A DNA stretch of 64,000 bases from Octopus sinensis (GCF_006345805.1 NC_043017.1:3038001-3102000), one strand, 5' to 3'; shown: positions 14,133 to 28,979, counted from the stretch's first letter. Numbers and translations: made by a program. Notes: generated by a model from the sequence alone, not told the origin.

Positions 14133-14510
14133 TGGAGGCGCAATGACCCAGTGGTTAGGGCATCGAACTTGCGGGAGTGGGATCGCGGTTTCGATTCCCC
14201 GACCGGGAGTTGTGAGTATTTATTGAGCGAAAACACCTACAGTTTCACAATGCTACGGCAGGGCGGTGGAGAACCCTGCTCTACTCTTTCAACACAACTT
14301 TGTTCCTCTTTTTCTTCCTGTTTCTGTTGTACCTGTATTTCGAAGGGGCCAGCCTTGTCACACTCTGTGTCACGCTGAATCTCTCCGAGAACTGCGTTAA
14401 GGGCGCACGTGTCTGTGGAGTGCTCGGCCACCACTTACAAGTTAATTTCACGAGCAGACAATTCCGTTGATCGGATGGACTGGAACCCTCGTCGTCGTAA
14501 CCGACAGAGT
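14133..14510 (+). mobile_element. tRNA-derived SINE family C, full length; partial copies at 61192-61375 (+), 44612-44748 (-), 17095-17260 (-)
   Basis: A box TGACCCAGTGG, B box GGTTTCGATTCC, shared body GTGAGTGTTTATTGAGCGAAAACACCTA. Confidence 0.75.
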
Positions 14511-15560
14511 GTCACGACGACGAGTGGTGATGATGATAATGTTGATGATGATGACAGTAACGGTGGTGGTAATAGTGCTGGTGATGACGATGATGATGAT
14601 GATGATGATGATGACAACAACGACAATGATGATAATGAGGATGACGATGATGTAGCGGTGGTGATCTATGCTAGTGATGATGATGTTGATGATATTGACA
14701 AAAACAATGTTGGCGATGGCTATACAAATAATGAATGGGGTGAGGGTAGTGGTGGAAGTTCTGTTGGTGGTGGCGGTGATGGTGGTGATGGTTGTGCAGG
14801 TGATGATGGTGATGATGTCAGTGATAGCGATAGATTTTTATGCCGATGACAACAGCAGAGATGATTATATCGATGATTATATCGATGGTTCCCTAACAGG
14901 GCCGCAGTCTAAAAACCGAAACATTTCAGAAACTAAGATGAAAGATTTGTTTATTCAGTGCTAAAATGGGGTTAAACAACAACATTAACATGAACCATAT
15001 TTGAGATTAACAACTTCGCAGCAACAACTTGTAGAAAAAAAAACAAAAAAACTCTAGGGGGTGGGGCGGAGGGGGGGATGGGGGGTAGAGTATATGTTAT
15101 TGTCTTCATTAGTTTCAATAGAAGAGATATGTCTCTATTTAGGAAATCCCACGTGAGATTTGTCTTGTATCCGATCTCAAAACCTTCTCTTCCTGTATAA
15201 AGATATCACACATATGGAAACCACAGAACGTAACCAGCTGGCCGATATCTCTCTCTCTCTCTCCCTCTCTGTCTCTCTCTCACTCTGTCTCTCTCTCTCT
15301 CCCCTCCCTATCTATCTATCTATCTATCTATATATATGTACATATGTACATATATATATATGTATATGTATGTATATATATATATCTGTCACATACGCAT
15401 ACACACATGCCTCTATACATACATATAACTATATATGTATATATGTGTGTATGTGTATGTGTGTGTGTGAACATATTTGTGTATGTATAAATATAACATA
15501 CTGATACACATACGGATGTGTGTTATACATTAGTGTGTGTATATATATATATATATATAT

Positions 15561-15600
<40 letters not shown>

Positions 15601-16256
15601 ATATATATATATATATATTTATATATTAATATATAGTTATAGACGTAGATAGATTAATATATGAATGTTCATAGCGACATTCATACCTGCGTATGTATAC
15701 ACAGGCGTGAATATATATACGCACATCTCACACACACACACACACATATACATGCACACATACATGCACACATACACACATACACAAACCTACATATACA
15801 TAACTGCATATCAAGCCCCGGTATTGATAACAAACAAAGCTTAAATAACTTCCTGCTCTATCTAGTTTAGATGTAGAAAAGAGAAAATTCAAGATACATA
15901 CATATATTGAAAGTAAATAGGCCTTAATAATTCGGTGAAATTTATAGAAGACACAGCTGTTACAGATTAAACTAGCGAACCATTAAAACCGAATTGCAAT
16001 CCGTTGAATTATTTGCTTTCAATCTGAAATATTAAGCGCTAGATTTGAAGATAAAATTATAACATCTGGTACGCATGCGTCAGTAAAAGGAGACAAAATG
16101 AAAAAGCTAAATTGATAGTGATTGCTTATAAACATACTCATATCTGTATAGAAGCTTATTTACATATATCAACACACTCTACACAAGTTAACACGCAATA
16201 AACTCACGTATATGTTACAATCCTCTCCTCGTTCACACACATATTATATATATATA

Positions 16257-16302
<46 letters not shown>

Positions 16303-18832
16303 ATACAGACATATACACACCTTACGCTCTCAGACAAACACAAATACACAACTACGTACGTAAGCTGGCACCGAGATTTAATAAATTTGACAGATTGTAT
16401 CAACTTTACCTATGAATATATATCTCTGCGCACACATACGTGTCAGCATATTCCTTATATAAAATGTATATGTTTGTGTGATTGCTTATGGTCTACGGGA
16501 AACCGTTGCCTCTATGCGATATGTGTGTCTGTTCATGTGTCTATGTATTACAGTTTACATACGCATATCATATATATATATATATACGTGTGAAAGTGTG
16601 TAAGATTATAACGATGTAGATGTGGGGTATGAGGTGTTCAGCAAACGTCAGAGAAGACAATTATATATTGATACAGAACGAATATAGAGCTACTTATACG
16701 GAACGGAGTCTGTTTGCATATAAACTCTATAATTTTATAATAGGAACATTATAATTTGAGTCCACCTCTCACAAATTAAAACTGCTTTATCATATATGGT
16801 ATCGACCAGTTATAGAAGGTTATGGCAGGGATGGCGGTTCATCGTATTATTTATAAAAACAGCGAGCTAATACGAGCACTGTGCTGGGGCTGTTCACTTT
16901 GCTAAAACTAGTAGTGATATATCCCTCAAGTCGCCTTCTACTGGTTTAATAATTGGAAAGATGCAGTTGACAATGTTGGGTTAGTTAAATGACCACACGG
17001 GGTGGTCACGGCCGGAATACATTTTTAAGAAACAGCGACAGCAACATCGAAAGACGGGTAAGAGCAGTAATATAGATAAGAATTCAAAATTGGATCTCCG
17101 TCTTTTTACGGCGAGGGTTTCAGTTGATCAACGGAACGGTCGGCTGGTGCAATTAAGGGCGCAAGTAGCTGAGTACACCGCAGATGCGAGGGTTTTTAAC
17201 ATAGTTCTGATTGAGATGTAGTGTGACAAAATGTGACAAAGCTGACCCAATGAATTACTGGTACAACACATTTGTGCCAGCTGTTTGAACTGGAGCAACT
17301 AGAAATAAAGTGTTTTGTTCAAGTACACAATGCATAATCAGGTATCGAACTCAAAACCTTCCAACCATGAGCCACTAAGTCACGTACCTTCACAAAGAGC
17401 GTCTACTTATATCGTCCAACACGACTCGATGGCAGGAAATAAACTGAGATAAACACTGTCAATCTAATAGCAAGGTTGTGATGTCAAACTCCGAGATTCA
17501 GTGAATCTATCAGTTACCCAGGGATAGATAGTGTGTGTCCAACAGACTCACGCAAAGCAGTTGCCCTTCCGTTTCTCTCACTTCGTTCACTGTGCTTCAG
17601 TCGATTCACGTCATATAAGAACGTTCTTGTACAAGTTACGAGACATTGGGATTAAACTTGAAACCGTATAGTTACAAAGCTACCTTCTTAACCATAGAAC
17701 TATGCCTGAGTTCACTCAGCCATGTGTTTCTTAGTGCGCAGTCATGTTCCCGACCCTACTTCCTCATCAGGTTTTATGCAACCATTTCAGATTTTATGTA
17801 AACCAAATGTAGCTGCCTACGTTGTCATACCTGTACAGACGTGTATGCAGCCACGGTGGTGCTTAGGCATCTTGATCTCCACCTGAAAAACTATGTACGT
17901 GATTATGCGACCGCAGTTTCGTGTGATATTTATATGAAATTCTATTTTAGAAAGAAGAATGCAAAGAAGAGACCCCTGAATTCAAGCACACTAGTAATGA
18001 TAAACCGCAGAGTCAAAGGAAATTCGTGAATTGTTCGTCGGCAATTAGCGAATATAAATAATTGAAAAGGAGAATAATACAGTATGACAAGGAGAAGGAA
18101 ACACATTATGGAAAAACAAATCGACATCATCATTTTGACGACGCTTTTCCGCATAATTTTCCACTCATTTGGGAAAAGATCGGTGGAGAACTGTTAGACT
18201 ATGAAGTGGCGGTTTTTCCATGTTTACGTTCTGAGTTCAAATTTCGCCGTGGTTGATTTAATTTTTAATCCTTTTGGGGACGATAGAATAAGTCGCAGTT
18301 AAGAATCTGGGGAGGATGTGATCAATTAACCTTCGTATCCCGAAATTTCAACTCTTGTAATTATTGTCGAAAAAAAAAAGTTGATAACAAAATAAAAATA
18401 AATAAAATAAGTAGAATAAAAAATAGATGTTGAAGCCATCTTCATTTGAACTTGCGATCTAGACTATTGCAGGAAAATAAATAATGTAATGCATTTAGTC
18501 CGTACTTACATCGCATTCTGAGCACTCTACTTCTACCTCACACCTTTCCATTGGAAGAGGATCTCCATATTTATGTAGGAGGGGGGTAACGAGAGGTTGC
18601 GACATTCACGATATATTGATAATATTAGACATCCGATCGGATATACGTAGAATAATGGACAACAAATTTGGTAATATTGGGAGATGGATATCAAATATAA
18701 TAAAATGTGATAGTTAAGTGATATCAACAATGGTATTATAGTTAATGGATTTTTGAATATGAAATAATATGAGAGATAATGGATATTGAATATTATATAT
18801 TATGAGTAAAAATGGATATCAACGACTATTGC

Positions 18833-18871
<39 letters not shown>

Positions 18872-19232
18872 AGTGTATGTGTGTATGTGTGTGTGTGTGG
18901 ATGAGTGTGTGAACATGTGTACGTATATGCATATGAATGTGTATTAATATACAAATGTGTATGTATATCAATATGTATATATACGTGGATATATGCATAT
19001 GCGTATATGTGTGTCTGCCTGTTACGTGCGAGTGTGTAAATGTTATACATTTACGTATACATGTAAATATGTACATAAATATACATGCAACTGTAAGGGT
19101 GAAGATCTAGCTACATATCCATACATCTTTATCTATATTCATATATATATATATCTATATACATATATCTATATTCATATATATAAATATATAGATATAT
19201 ATACATATATCTATATTCATATATATATATAT

Positions 19233-19264
<32 letters not shown>

Positions 19265-20124
19265 ATATCTATATACATATATCTATATTCATATATATAT
19301 ATATATATATATCTATATACATATATCTATATTCATATATATATATATATATATATATCTATATACATATATCTATATTCATATATATAAATACACATAT
19401 GCACAGACACATGCTTCCCCTCTCTCTTACACACACAGTACACACATACACCTCTATATACCTATGCACACACACACACACATATATAGATATACATATA
19501 CATAGAAAACATAATACACGATAACACACGCATACACACATAATGGATCTCGAATATGAAACAACATTTGAGATAATGGATAGCTAATATGATGGGAGCT
19601 AATGGATATTGAACATATGCTATGAGGGCTATTGGTTATTAAATATAAAATCGATAATAGAACTGTAACAAAGTATAATATGATAGGTGGAGGGAAATAA
19701 ATATTACATAACAATAGATATTAATATTGAATCAATATTAAGTCTATAATTATATTATCTTTTGCTGGAGAGTCAAAACGAATACTAAATGATTTTTCTA
19801 ACAACCATTTCATTTCCATCTTGTGATTATTTCTTTACAGCAGTAATGTAAGTGCGCTTAAGCGCGTGAAATTTATTTGGTTAAAGGATTGTTTGTGTTT
19901 TTTGTTTGGTCATCTGTGTGTATGTATGTGTATGTATATATGTGTATGATTGTGTGTGTATGGGTTACGCTGGAGTCTTATGCGTAAGGTGTTTGGTGTG
20001 GATATATATCTGTAAACGGTTAGTATTTGTGTTTGGTATTAGTCGAGGATTACTAAAAGTTAGAGTGCGAGAATTTGTGTGAGCGGTTTCTACATTTCTG
20101 TACGTACTTTGTTGTTATTGTTGC

Positions 20125-20158
<34 letters not shown>

Positions 20159-20600
20159 GTTATTATTTATGAATGATGATGTTATTATATAGTCAAGGAC
20201 TACGAGGTAAAAATTACCCGCCAATGTTTGGCTTGTATCTGCTCTGATGTTTAGATGTATATATATACGTGTAGTTGTATCTACTGAAGGATAGGAAAAA
20301 TTGAATGAGATTATATACATATATATTTTTTCTCAGAGTGTTTTAGATGATGTATTTAACCGACCACACTTTAAAACCCAGTCAAATGACTGAAACAAGT
20401 AGAAGAGTAATACCTAACCACCTTCATTACCGTTATTCTAACAAATATTCCCAGATATTACCTTGCCCCTATATCTTAAATTTTTGGAATTTGGGGGAAA
20501 GATAGTAGTTAGGATAATTTACAGCGGTTTTCAGCTGGAATTCTTATGACACTTGAGGGTCCATATAAGATTTTGTCGTTAGAATTTATGGGCAATAGCC

Positions 20601-20814
20601 TTTACTCTTTTATTCTTTTACTTGTTTCAGTCATTTGACTGTGGCCATGCTGGAGCACCGCCTTCAGTCGAGCACATGGACCCCAGGACTTATTCTTTGT
20701 AAGCGTAGTACTTATTCTATCGCTTTCTTTTGCCGAACCGCTAAGTTACGGGGACGTAGACACACCAGCATCGATTGTCAAGCGATATTAGGGGGACAAA
20801 CACAGACACACAGT

Positions 20815-20856
<42 letters not shown>

Positions 20857-20872
20857 TACATACATACATACA

Positions 20873-20906
<34 letters not shown>

Positions 20907-21067
20907 AGACGGGTTTCTTTCAGTTTCCATCTACCAAATCCACTCACAAGGCCTTGGTCGGTCAGAGGCTATAGTAGAAGACACCCAAAGTACCACGCAA
21001 TGGGACTGAACCCGGAACCATGTGGTTCATAATAAAGCTGCTTATCACACTCCCACCACTACGCCTA
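20601..21067 (-). mobile_element. SINE family A
   Basis: Reverse complement of family A. Confidence 0.85.
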
Positions 21068-21894
21068 TACTGCTTATACTTCTGCAATACACAAAATATT
21101 TTAATAAATTTCTTTATAAACTCCCAAATAATATTTAATTATAAAAAAAGTATGATTTTTCTTTAATACACTAAACGGTCATGAGTGTCCACCTGAGCAA
21201 AATACGAATCAAAGGGGACCATAAGGAAAAAGTGGTTCCGAAATGCTGCTCTGCAGTGTTGCGCAGGATACTAAAACTCAAACACATACGACTTCAAAAA
21301 ATGCACTTTGAACAACCTGATCTCGGTATCGAACCGCATACGATAATTAAACGAGAATCATAGCTGAAATGATTTCAGTCACCGATCTGAGCAGTTAAGG
21401 CTTGGCTAAGGGCAAAATATCGTTGAGCTGCTGTTCTAAATTATGACATAATTCTAACATTGAGCAAATACCCATGTAGGCGCCTGATCCGTGCGAAATA
21501 CACGAATTCTAACTTAACCATAATCATCTTTCTCGTCCCCGTTAAATTATCCATTCGTGAACTTATTCTTACATTTTCTTTCTTTCTTATTTTTTCAGCT
21601 GTTCCAATATTTCCGTAGAGTATTAATGGTTCTACAGAAAAGAAAATGACTTCAAATAATGTTTTAAGCAACTTATCACACGAATTATTCATGCGCATTT
21701 GATTTACCCTTGTTCAACATTGGTACCCTCCAGTAGCAATTACCTAGTCGTCAACCACCCGTCCTTGTCCTTCAAGTGTACTCATGTGCACGCGCTCAAG
21801 GAGAGAGCAACATATGCGATAACAGGCATAGATGCACATTTAGGTATACGTCTGTATACTTACGCATTTAAACAGATGATCATATATATATAGG

Positions 21895-21929
<35 letters not shown>

Positions 21930-22014
21930 ATCAATAAATAGATGTAGATATATACGTACATACACACACACACACATATATATATATGTATATATGTATG
22001 TATAGGTGAGTAGA

Positions 22015-23823
22015 GTTAGCTGTTGGAGTGACCGTCTAAGAGATAAGAATATCCGTTATTACTACCGGGGTAAATTACCTATGTTAACCCTGGTTATGGA
22101 TATGCAAGCATACTATGTACATAGGATATAGGTAATAACAGAATAAACGAGAGTTTGTCAGGAATCAAATCTAAAATGAGCAGAAAATGGAGAAAACTTT
22201 TGATCAACAAATTGACTACCATCGGTTAAATATTTTTAAATACGGAGCTTGAACATTGCTTACAGCCGTTTTTGCTGCTAATGTCAGTCGGTGCCGCCAA
22301 AAGAAATTATGAGAATATTACGCGTCATCTTTATAGCGCATCCGATGTAGTACATGGAGATTGATCAGAGTAAATACAAGTTCATAAAATAAAAAGAGGA
22401 GGGGAAGAGGAAAGAACAGGGTCTTAAGATGAGGAAAGAAGGCTTGATATATTAGAATCATATCATTTTGCAGTGTAACGATTGAAATCGATGAGCAAAT
22501 GAATAAACTAGCAAATAAACTAGAAAAATAATTGGTAGGTTAATCTTCCTTTAGGGGTACCAGAAGTGGGCAAATAATAAGAAACTAAAACTAGTATTTA
22601 ATTATAACTGGATTCGCGACTAGGTCTAGAAAAAGAATAGTACTTATGATTTCGTAAATAGTGATCATTAATATTTATCCCAAAACATGTCCATAAAGTT
22701 GTTACAATTGTATACTTATTGAAATATTCTGATGACCAGCCACCTGTAGTCCATAATGGAATTGACCAAAGTCTAGCCATCTCTATAACTGGTCAGTTAA
22801 ATTTAAAACCAAGGGCAATCTAAAACCGTTCAAGGGTTGTTGTAAATAAAGTAAATAAAACAGTAAATAAAAAGTGTGTGGGAGTTGTCGATGTCGTAAG
22901 TGGGGTAAGGCCATTCGTATCATTATACTCCATCCCAGCATAAATACGGGCAACCTGACGATAGTAAGTAAATAACGGTTAAGGGGAGGCTACCGTGAAG
23001 GAAAGTAGTTACTAATGCACATACCTACAATTTTATGCTAAATCTAACATCTTAAACAGCCAACATAGTCCCAAGTGGTGGTTATAGTAGTCAAACATGT
23101 AAACGCCTAAATGTTCCTGCCTATTAGACGTAAGGGACGGCCAAAAGCACAAAACCCCCAAAATATTAAATAATTAGAGGTTAAATCACTTGCTAATTAG
23201 TAACATGGTTACAAAAACAGGGTCCTACAGTTTGCTAAATCCTATTTGATATATATTATTATTAATATAATATTGTTCATATTACTAAACTTATTGTTAT
23301 ATTAACCCTTGTTTGGGTGCAACCATATGGGGTCTACCACAAAATTTCACTTCCATTCATACACAATTTTCCTCAGGGCAATAACAGCTGGTATGAAAGC
23401 ATTTACTGCAGTACCAAAAACAAACTGATACAATCTAGAGAGGTGAACAGTTAATATTATGTTGTTAAAAAAATTAAGTTATGTTTTACCTGGGAAGGGC
23501 CTGTTCCTAAATGTTTAGGGTCTAATGGGATCCACAATAAATGGAGGTAGACCAGTGTGCTGGCTGAGAATTAGGTCCAGATCAAAGCTGATAAAAACAA
23601 GCTAACCCGTGGTGTAGAAGGTTCAGTTAAGTAAAATTAGTTTCAAGTGCAGCCTTAGCTGAGAGAACGGGTAAAAACTTTCATAGGGGGGATTAATTAT
23701 TGGGGGTTAAGAACTACTACCCTCTGTATTACTACTGTTGAAAGAACTAGCTTTATTAAAGAGGGTGAGGAGGTTGTAATAAAAAGAATAACTTTATATA
23801 TATATATATATTATATATATATA

Positions 23824-23858
<35 letters not shown>

Positions 23859-24081
23859 ACGTATTTAGTTGTTATGGGTGGGGATGGAATCTAAACTCGG
23901 ATATGTTGGTAGAGGGATATTACTCTTGGATCAACCATAAGGGACCCATTTGTGAAATGCTATTAAGCCAGCTTCAATTTAAGAGATAATATATGCCCTC
24001 ATTCAATATCAAGAAGTACTATTTCTGTGGTGAATGCCTCTGGGTTCTATTTATGGATATTGGTGCGAAGGGACTCAAATG
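22015..24081 (-). mobile_element. Probable remainder of the Penelope-like insertion (3' UTR/pLTR plus 5' part of a tandem copy)
   Basis: Contiguous, microsatellite-poor block downstream of the endonuclease remnant, with stop-riddled ORF-like stretches; homology is not directly recognisable. Confidence 0.35.
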
Positions 24082-24640
24082 CTATTTATATTTAGCGAAG
24101 GTAAGCTTACCCTTGTGCACTCAGGCTACTTTCTCTCCTCCCTCATATTAAGTAATGGGTGTTATGCCGCTAGTATGAACATTGTTTCATTTTTACAAAG
24201 ATAGTATTTCTTATTTTTTACATTGTACGAAGGCGCGGAGGCGAGGATTTTCCATTCTAAAGTGAATCTAGTATCTTTGTCTTTAAGTTCTCAAATATAT
24301 TTACTTAATCCAGTCGAGTTAATCCTATTTCTATTTCTAAAAGAGTGTTTGTGCGTGTCTACTCTTCATTTCATTTTGGGTAGTTCCTATGTATATCATT
24401 TTACTAAACCCTGTTGTGACAGTGCACTGGTAAATTACATTGTTACTTTTACAGGTATTTCTAAGGGCATAAGTATCATTATTCCTACAGTCACATCGAT
24501 TTGCTGTAAGGGAGAATTACTTGCTGGTGGGCCTATTATGATTCTGAGTATTACCTTTACCTAATTTGGGGTGGCTATGGAGTTTATTACTTTTATTCGT
24601 GGTATTACAGCTGCTGTTGTTATTGTTGCTCCTACCTAAA
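24082..24640 (-). mobile_element. Decayed Penelope-like retroelement, C-terminal GIY-YIG endonuclease remnant
   Basis: RCDCRNND..TCKSNNVIYQCTV...IYIGTTQ..KSRH/SFRNRNRINSTGLSKYI*ELK...EWKILASAPSY...YLCKNETMFIL...HKGKLTFAKYK*; frameshifts and stops present. Confidence 0.85.
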
Positions 24641-24754
24641 TAGAAAATGTCTATTTTTATTATATAATGATTTATTTACAGAGAGAATATAAATAACTAT
24701 CGGTCTAGGAAACCCTCCATATACTGTGGAGTCTGCGATATAAATTTACATACA

Positions 24755-24824
24755 TTAGCCAGAAAAATCCGCGATATACTGAATGCGCGATAGGTGAACC
24801 GCGATATGGTGAGGAATTACTGTA
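24755..24824 (-). mobile_element. pogo/Tigger-type MITE terminus
   Basis: TA-CAGTAATTCCTCACCATATCGCGGTTCACCTATCGCG resembles a Tigger-like TIR. Confidence 0.5.
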
Positions 24825-24954
24825 TTCTAACATCACACCATCCTAGTCTTGGAACAAAAGTAAGAAAATGTATTGAATGGCGTGGTTTCTATAAAAATTG
24901 AAAATTTGAAAGAGCAAACGTAGAATTAACGATCTGATATTGTGTGGAAGCTTC

Positions 24955-25130
24955 AGCACGAGGCCAGTAATTTGAAAAGAAGTGGGTAAGTCGATTAAAT
25001 CAACCCGATTACTAAGCTGGTACGGAATTTACCGAGCCCGAAAGGACGAAGAGCAAAGTTGAACTCAGAACGTAATGACAGAAAAAATACTGCTAATCAT
25101 TTTTCCCGGCGCGTTAACAATCCTGCCAGC
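24955..25130 (-). mobile_element. SINE family B, degraded
   Basis: Reverse complement of head and core. Confidence 0.6.
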
Positions 25131-26460
25131 TCAACGATGAGACTGATGAACCGATATTGACTGCTATTTTGTTATAGTCACTCACCCCACACGATTTCGA
25201 TTGGCCTAGGTGTAAGCACCAAGCATTTTTTGAAATATATTTTATAATAAGCCGTTGAACAATGCCATGATACCTACACTCATACACTTATCATCCATCC
25301 ATCCATTTATCATCCAACCATGTATCAATCCATCCTTCCATACATACATAGACATGCACACACGTACATACCTAACATACATACCATTCATACATATATA
25401 CACACATACACATCCAATATAGCCGTAACTCAATTACACTTAGGCTAGGCGTTATAAGAAAACATCAATATAATCCACAGAAAACTTTAAGTGGTATGTT
25501 ATATTTTATATTTATAACACAATCGGAATTTATCTGGTTATTGATTCTGACAAATACAGCCTGCTTAATATATTCTCAGATTAATAACTAATTAGGCAGC
25601 TTGATTTGTAGTTGTAATGAAAATCTATAATTGCAAATCGTAGTTATAGCCATTACAGAGATTTCCCAGAATGCTCTTCTCGTCTTCTCAACTTTCCATT
25701 TACTCACCATGGCTGCGCTAGTTTCCCCGACTCCATCCATAAATGCCCATCTTCTTACACCTCCAGCGTTGGTATAAGTGTTTCGTTGCAAAGTAAACTC
25801 GCACGGCCGTAATGGGTCAGTATAAGTTAATTAGTATAGCCTCCGCACAAGCTGGGTTAATTGGAAGCCGAGAAATAAGATTCGTACGATTGCAGGCAGG
25901 GCTACATTCAACTTTATATAAATACATACAAAGTTACATATACACAAGTACACATGCAGCTATATATATATATATATATATATACAAACACGCAAACACA
26001 TATATATTTACATACTGGTGTGTATCTATGTGTGTGTGCCTTTGTGCCTCAGTGTATGTGCGTCTGTGTATTTATGTGTATGTGTGTCTGTGTGCGCGAG
26101 TGCATCATCCGTTGTCATTTTCCTTCCCCTGGTACTTGATTACTTAAAGTGAAATCATAAATCGGGATGAAAGCTCGCCATAATACTTTAGCTCCATGTT
26201 TAAACGATATATTCCCCATTGCTATTTACACACGAACACAAACAGTTACATACATGTCATAGGTATATGCAGGCACACGTATATATACATACATATACAT
26301 ATATATACATACATATATATAGATATCAGTACATACATGAACACGTACACATACATACCTAGGCGTTAAACGATGCGATATTTCATTACGATGCTCGAAA
26401 TATATTCACTCAAAATTTAGTAATATATGATATGATATATGTCTATATGTATCTATCTAC

Positions 26461-26535
<75 letters not shown>

Positions 26536-26554
26536 CTCACTCTATGTGTGTGTG

Positions 26555-26603
<49 letters not shown>

Positions 26604-26604
26604 A

Positions 26605-26800
26605 TAAAGTTAATCCAAACATGAAAACACAAAGAGAAAAACAACACGAGGACGTGGAACAATATAGTGTTATTGGACGCTCAGGAAAGGAAAGAAAGAA
26701 GGAGGGTTTAGCGTTTCGAGCGAAGCTCTTCGTCAGAAACATAGGCAAAGGAAAGATCCAAGGAAGGGGAGACGGAGGAAAACATGGCCAACGATGCACA
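26605..26800 (-). mobile_element. Short repeat (family H1) with minimal hammerhead motif, abutting (TA)n
   Basis: Homologous to 2699-2900. Motif at 26706-26740: GUUU-CUGACGA-A-GAGC uuc GCUC-GAAA-CG-c-U-AAAC (U16.1->C). Confidence 0.6.
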
Positions 26801-28619
26801 CATGTATGTATGCAGATATTTCCATCAGAACGCCTAATACCACAATGTGCATTTCGAGAGGTGTTCTCATACGGCTGTATAGTGCATAAAATCATATACA
26901 TATCTCGTAGCAAACGAAAATCGTCTGACATGTGAGGGGCCGGAACTGCTAGATCACGTGAGCGTAGCACACTGGTCGTCCTCAGTGATAGATATTCGCC
27001 TACTGCATACCTGCCGAATCTCATTGTCAGTGTTATATGGAATAACAGGCTTTTTTCAGGCATTGATGCGTCTAATTATATAATCGCGACAGAAACTCTA
27101 TAACTAGCAATAGGCAATCTTTATATCCAACTTAACGTGGCTGTTTATTTAGAACACATGGAGAATTTTATCACAGACATGTATTGTAGGAGACGAGAAT
27201 CAGCTGCTACGATACATTTATGTACCAAGCATCTATATGAGAGTATCTTTCAAGGCGAACAAGCACAGATTTCAGCGTTTTAAATAAACTTCACGTTAAG
27301 TTAGATATAAAGATACCATTTTGATACTAATACTTCCGACGCTAACGTAGATTGTTTGACAGGGCTGCTGGTTATTTGCGACATCAGTGTCTGGAATGTC
27401 ACTAATTATTCTATAAAGTTAGTGAGATTTAGTTGGCGTATAGTGAAATTAATTGGTGTATACTGAGCCTGCACTGATCTCAAGGTAAGAATCGATTAAC
27501 TCTACTACTTAAATTTACTGGCCTTGTACTAAACCTAGAAAGGATATTACATAATTTATCAATGCTTTAGCGACTATTGCATGCAATTATTAGATTTGGC
27601 CATGTCTGTCTCTTTTTTTATTTTGTTTGCCTCCTTGTTGTACCTTTAACATATTTCCTTATTTCGTTTCGTCTGTCTTTGTTACTTTCTTTCCTATCTT
27701 TTGCTAAATTTCCTCCCTCGTTTTTTAATCACAAATGTGGTGAGCTGGTAGGAACGTTACAATGTCGAACAAAATGCTTTGCATAATTTCTGCCGGGTCA
27801 TGAAAGAGCGGTCGGGTTCATTTTTAGTATTCTCGTTTGTGACAGCAATCGAGTCTTGTTTCAGATATTCTCATTTTAAAAATCATCTCCGACTAATCGT
27901 TGAGAGGACATTGGTGTTGCCTTGACGGAAGTTCGCGTTCTCTAAGTGCTATGGTTTCTTTTATAACTGCTCTTCCTAAACCATTTCTTCGGGTTTTATA
28001 CTATTTCCCTTAGTCTTAGACCTTACCCATACCATCCATTTAGGTCGCAGATGTACAACTAACATTACATTATATAATCATTCCCAGGAAAGTTATTCCT
28101 TGTCACTTTATGACTCTCCAATTATTTCAAGTCTTTCTTTTATTCATGAAACCCCTCTATAATTACTATTCTCATCGCATACATTTGAGTATTACAAGAA
28201 AATTACGAAACTGAATACGGACCAAATACTATTTTTCTCCGGATACAAAAATAGAAAGCATAAAAAACCGAAAATGTAATTAGAAATAAACATAAAAGTG
28301 GAAAACAAAAAGTGCAATTCAAAACTTGGTACAGTACCAACGCCGTTATGATATCTTGCTAAATTAAATTAATTTTATATCTTCTCCAATATCAAATATA
28401 GCTTCATACTAGATTTTATTATAAATATATTTAAAATCGTTGAAATCTGGAGCTTTACAATAAGCTGGTAGCTTAGTTCTGAAAATAACTCATTTTTATA
28501 ACTTCATCGAAGGCAATGTGCTATTTTCGTTTTCTAAGTATGCAAGAAATAGCTGCTAAATTTACTTAAAATCAAGTAAGTACTCTCCTTAAAGGGGAAG
28601 GATGCATTGGGTTAGCGAA

Positions 28620-28975
28620 GGCAGAGATTTTTTTTCAGTCACGTTTCTTTCTTTGTTTTCCCGTGGACAAGATATCTGAAGAACCGCTGGATGGATTCGG
28701 ATGAAACTTTCAGGGATGTTATCTTCGTGACTGGCACGAACTGATCAGATTTTGGTATCGATCCGGTACCGGATAAGGATTCTGGATTATTTTTCATGTA
28801 TTTTTTACTTAATTTTTTAGAGCGGTCAGGTTCATTTTCAGTATTCTCGTTTGTGAGAGCAATCGAGTTTATTTATACGATATTCTCATTTTAAATACCG
28901 TCTCTGGTTAATCATTGAGATGACGTTGGTGTTGCCTTGACTGAGGTTTGCGCTCTCTGAGTGCTCTTGTTATTT
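28620..28975. mobile_element. Non-autonomous Helentron-associated (HINE/DINE-like) element; partial second copy at 27805-27955
   Basis: TGGATGGATTCGGATGAAACTT...GATCAGATTTTGGTATCGATCCGG motif; about 150 bp duplicated 1 kb upstream. Confidence 0.45.
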
Positions 28976-28979
28976 TAAA

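Noticed and set aside
21310-21410. Degenerate tRNA-like A/B boxes on the minus strand
   Set aside because: No cloverleaf can be formed; probably an old SINE head.
21540-21640. 59-nt exon-like segment on the minus strand (ttctgtag|...AAT|GTAAGA)
   Set aside because: Its only open frame is phase 1->0, it has no phase-compatible partner exon, and it has no domain similarity.
24082-24640. In-frame TGA in the Penelope endonuclease as selenocysteine (as in Naiad elements)
   Set aside because: The TGA falls at a Trp position (YI*EL), and the ORF also has frameshifts and TAA/TAG stops, so it is ordinary decay.
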